From contig OZ024762.1 in the NCBI GenBank assembly GCA_964016885.1, positions 3,100,001-3,164,000 of the forward strand: a DNA stretch of 64,000 nucleotides, given 5' to 3'. Numbering within the stretch: the first letter of the stretch is position 1; each line of letters starts with the position of its first letter. The position numbers and the translations under genes are program-made. A model generated the notes under the pieces. It was not told the DNA's origin. It made no database searches and was given only the letters and a program-made list of their open reading frames with translations. Source of the stretch: Eledone cirrhosa (lineage: Eukaryota). This document shows positions 54,501-64,000 of the stretch, piece after piece.

Positions 54501-57297
54501 ATTGTTGGCCTTGTGCCTAAATCAGAAATCATTACATATAAGGTAAAGGCTCCCTTCGGTCAAGAATGACCATGGGGTTTGCACCTAGAAAGGTCCCCTC
54601 CGCGATACAAGCATGGACAAAATTGTTTGTGCAAGACGAGGAATCGAACTCACAACCTTATATATATATATATATATTTAAAGGTTAAACAATATTCAAT
54701 AAATAAATCAAGAATGAGTTTTACAATAGATTAAGGTATATAAATATTGAGTTTTGTCAAATCTTATTCACTACCATGACTGAATCTTAACCATCTACTA
54801 AGTCAGGGTATGTCATGCACTATCTTATTTTATCTGATGAGGACGTACTGTTGAAGTTAGCTCATTAACTCTGAAATATGTATAATAAAATATACTTGAT
54901 CACACGAATGTCTATTTTTGAGGTTGACTTTGCCTTTCATCCTTACGTGGTCGATAAAATAAAGTACCAGTAATGGCCTTGTGCCTAAAGTAGAAACAAA
55001 TATATACATATATATATAAAGAGAGAGAGAGAGAGAGAAAGACATACATATATGTATACGGAGAGAAAGAGGGTGAGAGATAGACTATGTCGTAAGAGTA
55101 ACGTTATAAGGGAAGTAATTGCTGCTGGGCTTCTTCGGTAGTTTCCAAGATTTACTTCCCTTTGACTGATACTTTTTTTAATCGACCTCGAATGTATGAA
55201 AATCAAAGCTGACCTTGGCAGAATTATGATACAACGAGCAGAGAGCCGAAATGAATACCATAAACCATTCTATTCGACGTTCTAACGACTCTGCTAATTC
55301 GCCGCCATACACACATACTAACATACACACGTTTCATTTTTGTTTTATTCTATTTTCATTTCATTAACAATGTCTTATGTGTGAATGTAATCTAGATTGT
55401 GTCTTACTTAGGTTTTATTCATGTATTCAAATTTTTTTTTGTTTTTGTTTTGTTTTTTTTACCTGTTAGAACGACCTTTTAACAGACTTGGCGCAATCTT
55501 TAAACGAGATTTGAGTAACGACCAAAGGAAAATAATTGGTGGCTGTTTACTTCTGTATGTGTCAAGATTTACTTCCCTATAACTGTTAAATTTTATTAAC
55601 GTTAACTCTTAAACACCTGTAAAATCTTTATTCAATAAATTTCGATTAAATTATGTTTGTAATCATTTTTTTTTATTAAATAATGAAGGTAAAGCGAGGA
55701 GAGGGGTGGCAGACAATATACCCCAATCTAGATGGTTTATACTGTTAAATTAATCTGATATGATGTAAGAAGGCAGCACGGATAAGAACTTTTGTATGGG
55801 TGTCGTGAAATAGTTTTTATCTTTGTTTTTGACATAGAATTTAATATTGTTAAAATGTAAATATCAGCTATTCCAATGACTGGTGCTTTATTTTATCAAC
55901 CCCGTAAGGATAAAAGATGAAGCTAACTTCGGCAGGACTTGAACTCATAACGTAAAGGAACGCAACTATATGCCGCAAAGAATGTTGTCCGGCGCTCTAC
56001 CGATTCTACTACCAATCACTTTAAAATAAAATAAATGTCATCATATAACTCGTGTTGCAGACGACAATGTATTGAAAAGGGTTGTAATGAGAGTTGTCTA
56101 CCTTAGTATATGATAATATAAAACATGCGCATCTATAGTGGTTCTTATTTCTGGTTCCGCTTTAAGACGATGCGAGTTATTTGCTTCATATAAAATATCT
56201 CTCAACTATCTGCCAAACACCATTTATAAAATAATTCCATAAGTTTGATTATCTGTTGGTTCTTGACTCACGATGGAAGCAGGATCGTGGGCATTTTAAA
56301 CCTGGCTGAGCTCATCTCTCCTCTCCGAAGGTTTGAACACAGCCGATTTCTTCTATAGAAAGGGAAAGTGGTTGATCCCCTGATCAGGACTGGTGTTTTA
56401 TTATTTACAGGACTCGAAATCGTGAAAGACGATGTTGTCCTCGGAGGGATTTGAAATCGGGGCGCAGAAAGCCGGAACGAATTAAAACAATTTACGTAAG
56501 TATTAAAGACTAAAAGATATATAATTTAATTGTTTCTACCTTTGGCACAAGGCCAGCAATTACCCAGTACATTACTGGTACTTTATTTATCGACCTCGTA
56601 AGGATATAATTTAATATTGTGTAATTTCGAGTCTTTATGTTCGCCAAGTCTGAAAGTTGCGTGAGATGAGCTATTTCGTTTCGTTGCTCGCTTATGCATT
56701 TTTAAACCTCACCCAACAGATTCATTATTCGTTTGATTCTTAAAAGTTTCGCTTTCTAAAAAGTACTTTCGCCGAATCCTTAGTACATGTGATCATCATC
56801 ATCATCATCACCTTTAATGTCTACTTTTCCATGCTTGCATGGGTTAGACGGGTCGTCCACGTCATGAAACAAGTTTGGCCAGTTGGTTGCGCCGTACCTT
56901 GCTCAAAAGGAACTGTATTTTGGCTGGGATTTTTACAACTGAATGCCCTTCCTAACACCAACCACATATTACACACACGCACATATATTTAGAGCTGGGA
57001 CTCCGTCGATTACGACGACAAGTGTTCCAGTTGATCCGATCAACGGAACAGCCTGCTCGTGAAATTAACGTGCAAGTGGCTGAGCATTCCACAGACACGC
57101 GTACCCATAACATAGCTCTCAGGGAGATTCAGCATGACACAGAATGTGACAATACTGGCCCTTCGAGTTACAGGTACAACTCACTTTTGCCAGCTAAGTG
57201 GACCGGAGCAACGTGAAATAAAGTGCCTTGCTCAAGGACACAACGCGCCGCCGGGAATTGAACTCCTGACCTTACGATTATGAACCGAATCGGAAAT

Positions 57298-57420
57298 ATT
57301 TGTTCACACTCAGAGTTGCTGAAGCATGGAACAAACTACCTGCATCAGTTGTTAGCTATCGACACACTGCATCCTTCAAAACCTCCATTCTTCCTGAAAT
57401 TCGCCAACACTACACCTCCT
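57298..57420 (+). mobile_element. CR1/L2-type LINE 3' end
   Basis: FTLRVAEAWNKLPASVV...SFK. Confidence 0.75.
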
Positions 57421-58899
57421 ATTCCCCCTCGCACGCATATATTTGTGTGTATATTATGAGTCATAGGCTGTTCACTTCCCTGACATTTATACATTATTCT
57501 ATGTACTATACATGCACCTTTGGTGAGTTGTAGTGCACCTGAGCACTGTACACAATCATTTTCATTATTATTTTGACCACAAAACTGCGTGTGTGTGTGT
57601 GTGTATTATTTAACGTCAATATGTGTATATCATATATATATGTATGTTTATGTGTGTGTGTATACACATATATATCATGTAACACAATCTAGCTGTAGAC
57701 TTCACACAAAGTTGTATTATGCATTTCATTTTAATAACAAATCAAAAAGTAAAATTCAATGTAGAAATATAATAATTGTTTCTACTTTAAGCACAAGGCC
57801 AGCAATTACCCCAGCGTATTACTGGTACTTTATTTTATCGACCCCCGTAAGGATGAAAGGCAAAGTCAACCTCGGCGGGATTTGAACTCAGATCGTAAAG
57901 GGACGTAACTATGCTGGAAAGCATGGCGTCCGATACTGCCAATATTTTGTATTACTATATTATGTCTCCAGCCGAAAGACTGAGGCCATGCTGGGGCAAT
58001 GCCATTGATTGTTCTTTTTTTTTTTCCAGGTTAACGGATGACATTGGCATAAAAGAATTATTTTAACTTCATGAATGACCATAGGATTTGCACCAAGAAA
58101 GTTTCCCTCTGAGGCACGAGTCCGGGCAAAGTTGTTTGAGTAAGACCACCAGTCACCCATGCATAACAGCCTCCCCTCTCTAAGCTACTGATGATGTCCA
58201 AGGGAAAGGCAATGGCTGATACAGCTTGGCACCAGTGACGTCGCAACTCATATATTCACTATATATACACAATATATACTATATTTACATTATGCACAGT
58301 ATATATACACTATATGTACACAATATATACTATATATAAATTATGTACAGTATATATACACTATTTACATGCTGTAAAGTGGCACTGGTGTTAGGAAGGG
58401 CATCCAACCAGTGTATCAATGCCAAAACAATTACGAGCACAGCAACAAATATATATCGCAATAACTGCTGAATAAGACCTGTCCCACCCTTGTAAGCAGG
58501 GAAAAGCGGACGTAAAATGATGATGATCATGATGTCCAAGGGAAAGACAATGGCCAATACAGCTTGGCACTAGTGACGTCACAACTCATTTCTACAATTG
58601 AATAAACTGGAGCAACATGAAATAAAGTGTCTTACTCAAGGACACAATGCATCACCCAGTCCAAGAATTGAACTCACAACCTTCCGAATGCAAACCCAAT
58701 GTTCTAACCAGTAAGCCATGTGCCTTCTCATATGCATCAGTATTAATGATCTTTTAAAGAAGAGTAAAGAAAACTTGTTATCCTGGACAGATATAAGGAA
58801 CTTTACATAAATCTGCGGTGAAATTACTGTTTAGAATCTGTCTAGAATGGTTCTATATGGATTAAACTTGGACATCATCGTCCAGTTTTTGATTATGCA

Positions 58900-59150
58900 G
58901 GACACAATTAATCCTTAATAGGAGTGGGTCCTGCCTGACAGCGCTCCTGAGTGTCCCTCTCCATGTGTTTCTGTCCACCGGTCTCACTTGGGCCAGGCCA
59001 AGCCTAACTTCATCCCAACGGACATCCTCCATCCAAGTCCTTTTTGGTCTTCCTGGGCCTCTACTGCCTCCTGGATTGACATCACTTTGCTGATCCAGCC
59101 CTCACTGCGCTTGACATGGCCCTACCAGCACATACGTCTCATACAGCTGT
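58900..59150 (-). mobile_element. RTE-type LINE 3' end (decayed)
   Basis: RPKRTWMEDV...DRNTWR on the minus strand. Confidence 0.6.
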
Positions 59151-59577
59151 TAAAACAGCCAAATGCTGTCAATGACAGAGACCAGTAACCAGTGGTCAGT
59201 ATAGATACAATCCACAAGGTGGGTGACAGGTAGATAAAATATAGAAAAGATTGAGAGGGGAAGAGGATAAGGAGAAGCATGTGAATTAATATATATACAT
59301 ATATATATAACATATAATAAGTAACAGGAATATGACAGCATTGCATTTAAACTGTGAAGTTGTCATATTCCTGTTACTTATTATATTATATATAAACACT
59401 CCTGGAATTACCTTCATTGTACCAGCGGTTAACCACCACGGAAACATTTGATAAACCTTTCACCTGTCGAGTCAAAAACCATCGTATGTTGACATAGTCT
59501 TCGATTTCCCCTAACGAAATCTGATTTCTACTATATTCTATATATATATATATATATATTGTAGTAGGAGCAGAAAA

Positions 59578-60639
59578 ATGATGGAAAAGGAATTATGTGG
59601 AAGCCGAGTTAAAGGTATAGCCCAATCTGAAATGACTGAGTTTACTGATACAATGCTGAAAGAGACAGAAAAAAACTCATATCATTGTGATATCTGTGAT
59701 AAATCCTTCAATCAAAAAGGTAACTTAAATACTCACGGACGTATTCATACAGGAGAGAAACCATATCACTGCGTTGTCTGTGGTAAATCATTCACTGCAA
59801 GAAGTCACTTAACCCCTCATAAACGTACCCATACCGGGGAAAAACCGTATCACTGTGATATCTGTGGTAAAACGTTCTCTGAAGGCTGTAAACTGAATAA
59901 GCATAAATACATTCATACAGGAGAAAAGCCCTATCACTGTGAAATCTGTGGTAAATCATTCTCTCAAGGAAGTAACTTAACTAAACACAAGTACCTTCAT
60001 ATAGGAGAGAAGCCATATCACTGTGATATCTGTGGTAAATCATTCTTTCAGAGAGTTCATGTCACTACTCACAAACGTGTTCATACAGGAGAGAAACCAT
60101 ATCACTGTGATATCTGTGGTAAATCATTTTCTCAAACAAGTCACATAGCTATACACAACAGACGTATTCATTCAGAAGAGAAAGACATTCATACAGAAGA
60201 GAAACCACATCACTGTGATATCTGTGGTAAATCATTCTCTGAAACAAGTTACTTAGCTAAACATATACGTATTCATACTGGAGAGAAACCATATCACTGT
60301 GATATCTGTGGTAAATCATTCTCTGAAGGTGGAGTATTAACTAAACACAGACGTATTCATACAGGAGAGAAACCATATCACTGTGATATATGTGGTATAT
60401 CATTCTCTCAAACAGGTCATTTGACTACTCACAAACACATCCATACAGGAGAGAAACCATATCACTGTGATATCTGTGGTAAATCATTCTCTCAAAGAAG
60501 TCATTTAACTATTCACAAACGTATACATACAGGAGAGAAACCATATCACTGTGATATTTGTGGTAAATCATTCTCTCAAAATAGCGATGTAACTAAACAT
60601 AAACGTAGTCATACAGGAAAGAAGCCATATCTCTGGTAA
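59578..60639 (+). CDS. Tandem C2H2 zinc-finger protein, 11 fingers, 353 aa
   Basis: Eleven C-x2-C-x12-H-x3/4-H repeats with TGEKP linkers (YHCDICGKSFS...H). Tandem TAG/TAG/GAG/CAG acceptors at 59562-59573 imply an upstream exon. Confidence 0.95.
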   Translation: MMEKELCGSRVKGIAQSEMTEFTDTMLKETEKNSYHCDICDKSFNQKGNLNTHGRIHTGEKPYHCVVCGKSFTARSHLTPHKRTHTGEKPYHCDICGKTFSEGCKLNKHKYIHTGEKPYHCEICGKSFSQGSNLTKHKYLHIGEKPYHCDICGKSFFQRVHVTTHKRVHTGEKPYHCDICGKSFSQTSHIAIHNRRIHSEEKDIHTEEKPHHCDICGKSFSETSYLAKHIRIHTGEKPYHCDICGKSFSEGGVLTKHRRIHTGEKPYHCDICGISFSQTGHLTTHKHIHTGEKPYHCDICGKSFSQRSHLTIHKRIHTGEKPYHCDICGKSFSQNSDVTKHKRSHTGKKPYLW

Positions 60640-62233
60640 ATCTTTCCCCTGAAGAAAGTGTATTATCTAAACATAAAAGCATTAATTCTGGTGAAAAGTC
60701 ATACCACAATGATGTATGGCAAATCACTCGGGAAGTAAATTGACTAACCATGACACACACATCATCATTTAACGTCCATTTTTTCCACGCTAGCATAGGT
60801 TAGACAAGTCAGATCAGATGACCATGTTTTGCTCATACACAACTGATTTTGGCTTGGTTTCTACAGCTAGATGCCCTTCTGAATGCCAACCACATTTACA
60901 GTGTGGACTGGGTGATTTTTGCTGTGACACCTACATGACCACTTTACAGTGTAGACTGGGTGATTTTTGCTGTGACACCTACACAACCACTTTACAGTGT
61001 GGGCTGTAACACACACTCACATATATATATAAAACAAAGTTTAATATAGAAATAGCTTCTACAGGACTAGAACTGTTTCATTTGAAGGAAATCATCAAGA
61101 AAAGCCCCCGAATGAAACAGTTCTAGTCCTGTGAGTACCTTACTGCAGTTACCCCCAATTGAACCCGGGACTGACTGTATGTATATATAAAATCATTATC
61201 ATATCATCTAATGTTCTTCTCCACAGACCAAGTCAGTACTCAAATAGAGCTACTAACCTCACTTCGCCATAATAAAGAATATGATTAAACTCTACTTCAG
61301 TATTGAGTACTCATTCTCACTTGTTGCATTCCTTCATTATCTCCTCTGTGAGCTTCAGTGATTTGAGATCAGCTCTCACCACTTCCACCCGGGTCTTCTT
61401 CTGCAGCTTCCTTCCACTGGGATATCTTCCCCCAATGATGTTCATCCATGCATATCACCTGGTCATATTATTACAGTCTTCTCTCCTACACACTACATCT
61501 AATTCCTCTTATACCCAGGTCTTCCTATACAGCAGCTTCCTTCCACTGAGATTTCTTGGCACTTCACCCAGTGATCATCCATGCACATCACATATCAGTA
61601 CAGTCTTCTCTCACACACACTACTTCTGATTCCTCTTATACCTAGATTTTCTCTCAGTTAATCCATGCTTTGTTGTTTCCACCCATTGAAGCATGCATGC
61701 TTCAATCTCTCCAGTCTTCATACATCCTCGATGTTCACTGCTCATGTCTTAATACATTAAAAATTCGTAATTTGCACAACACTTCTTAACCTTTTAGCAT
61801 TTACATTACTCTATATATACTATTGTATTTTCACAGTAAAGGCTTTACCTCACATAACATTTACATTACTCTATATATACTATTGTATTTTCACAGTAAA
61901 GGCTTTACCTCACATAATATCGAATCTATAAGATTTTGATATTTATTTTGAGAACAATACTTTAATGTCAGTATGAGCGGCTGGTTACAACCAGTTTGAA
62001 CAAGTGAGAGAATTCTAGCCAGATAAGGCCGGTTTAACCCTTTAGCATTTAAACCAGCCATATTCAGCCAGAATTCTCTCACCTCCTTCTGTTCAAACCA
62101 GCCACTCCTACTGATGTTAAGGTATTGTTCTCAAAATAAATTATATCAAAATCCCATAGATTCGATATTCTGTGAGGTAAAGCCTTTAATGCAAAAATAC
62201 AATAGTAAATATAGAGTAATGTAAATGCTAAAG

Positions 62234-62521
62234 CAGGCATGGGTAACCTTTTTCGAGAAGTGGGCCGCATGAGATATGGCTCATCATCAGACAAGCCACA
62301 AACGCTAATTTACATTCGTGCCTACATTAAAAAAGAAGGCAGTAACTCAGGTTGTTTTGATTTGTTTCTTCAGAATTGGTACACATTTTCCTCGATCATA
62401 AAAATGATAGAAAGATAAATTACAACTGAAAATTTGGGGTTAAAAAATCAGAAAGATTTCACTTAGGTGACTTAGGCGAGTCATTCAGAAAGCTTTGCGG
62501 GCCACAGGTTGTCCATGACTA
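62234..62521. mobile_element. hAT MITE inserted into the end of a piggyBac-like MITE
   Basis: CAGGCATGGGTAACC...GGTTGTCCATGACTA, with an 8-bp TSD TGCTAAAG/TGCTAAAA. Confidence 0.75.
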
Positions 62522-63006
62522 TGCTAAAAGGTTAAGGTACTGCTCCAGAACAGACATGGTCTAGTGAATGAATGCAGTAGAAGAATGTAGAATTTATTTC
62601 TTTATTTCGATTAATTCATTTAGTTGAAGAATGCATGCAACTGTGAAGGATCCAGTAACAGGATAAAAACCAGATTATTTGGTTTACTTAGAATTTACAA
62701 GATATAATCAATAACCAATCAACCAATCAAAATCAATCAAAATCAAGTTATTCCAATCAAATAAACATATTTGATGTTATGACAAAATTTACAAAAAAAG
62801 TGAGGCTTTATTTTATTTATGTGTGTATATATATATATGTGTGTGTATATATGTATATGTGTGTGTGTGTATGTAATATATATATCATCACCGTTTTACG
62901 TCCATTTTTCCCCGCTAGCATGGGTTAGACGAGTTGTCCTGTTGTGGGCAATGCTAGGTCAGGTGACCATGTCTTGCTCATATAGATATATATAAATATA
63001 TATTTT

Positions 63007-63350
63007 AATGACCGGGTTCAGTATGAATCCGGTGACATCATCAGGTAATTCAAAATATAAAGGAATATATCAGATAAAAATCTTTGGTGTTTAAATCAGA
63101 GATGGCGGTCGACGTAGACACAAGTCGCTAAAATACTGGCCGCCCTCTTGTCTCTGATTTAAACACCAAAGATTTTTATCTGATATATTCCTTCGTTATA
63201 TTTTGAATTACCTGATGATGTGACTGGATTCATACTGAACCCGGTCATTGAAATGATCATAGTAAAATAAACCTTTCAAGGATTTACACCAGAACATGCC
63301 TCCTGTTATTTTGTAATAATCAACTCCGTACTCGCACCACCAACTACACA
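63007..63350 (+). mobile_element. Penelope-type pseudo-LTR remnant with inverted duplication
   Basis: Inverted arms of about 95 bp (63007-63101 and about 63143-63249). The right arm contains the hammerhead. Confidence 0.6.
63208..63265 (+). ncRNA. Minimal type I hammerhead ribozyme (Penelope pseudo-LTR type)
   Basis: TTAC-CTGATGA-[long stem II hairpin]-GAAA-TGATCA-TA-GTAA. The core is intact, stem I is TTAC/GTAA and stem III is palindromic. Predicted cleavage after 63261. Confidence 0.75.
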
Positions 63351-63892
63351 AACGAAGATGGGGGGTTGCATTACGTTGAGTGCTTTCCATAACATTACAT
63401 CGTGGCTGACCACACAGAATGACCAGTTCTTACCCATGGTGAACCAACAAACCCAAATAAATATATATATATATATATATATATACTTAAGAAAATTAAC
63501 AAAGAAAGGACAAGACAACAAACGGAAACAAAACAAAAAACAAGGGGAAACCTTAAAAAATTATTTTTTAAATAGATATACAAACGAAAGACACAGAACT
63601 CCATGGTCATCGGCCGTTGAGATAGACTTGGGCAGTTTTGACCCCTACCAACGGTACTGCTGGTTCATCTGGAAAATCACAGCTTAAACACTGTCCAAAG
63701 GAGTACGAGACAAAAGACAAAACAGTTTATAGATATACAGTGTATCCCCGGCATTCGTGGAATCTCCCTTAGAACCAAACTAATAATTATTCGTGGCAAC
63801 CCCCGCATATTCGCGGAATCGTAAATATCTTCCAACATTTTTTTTTGTGGCAATATATATTTTTTTAACGCTAAATTATTAATAACAATCTA

Positions 63893-64000
63893 CCATATTT
63901 ACCGGCCTATTGGACACCCCTTGCCATAAGACACTCCCTCTTTTTTTTTTTATTATATTTTGATGTTTATAGGCATTTTTATGGACCACGTCCAATATTC
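63893..64000 (+). mobile_element. End of a Tc2/pogo-like DNA element
   Basis: Matches 3706-3815 (TACCGTATTTGCCGG...GGACCACGTCCAATATTC). Reverse ends occur near 38405 and 45022. Confidence 0.5.

Noticed and set aside
56062-56075. DM-binding-like site ACAATGTATT (autoregulation)
   Set aside because: A short AT-rich match is expected by chance, and this domain's specificity is unknown.

Overview
This is AT-rich, microsatellite-dense eukaryotic DNA, probably from an octopus or other coleoid cephalopod. That call is an inference from the YHCDICGKSFS-type C2H2 zinc-finger array and the tRNA-derived SINE families. Two host genes are supported and point away from each other. The first is a spliced, divergent doublesex/mab-3 (DM-domain, Dmrt) gene on the minus strand. 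Its DM exon is at 47923-47638 and a Ser/Pro/Tyr-rich exon at 40995-40346. Probable further exons at 40027-39709 and 36202-36183 join in frame only if one A is added to an A4 run just before the apparent stop. The second is an 11-finger C2H2 gene at 59578-60639 (+). The rest is nested mobile DNA: RTE, CR1, L1/Tx1, R4/Dong-like and Penelope fragments, an Hsmar2-like mariner, Helitrons, piggyBac, hAT and Ginger-type MITEs, many SINEs, and minisatellites derived from these elements. The highlights are the Dmrt gene with its one-base truncation, minimal hammerhead ribozymes that share a non-canonical U-U at the base of stem II, and R4-clade retroelements repeatedly found in (CATA)n arrays. Most long ORFs in the track are microsatellite artefacts. 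Coordinates were counted by hand and element boundaries are approximate.
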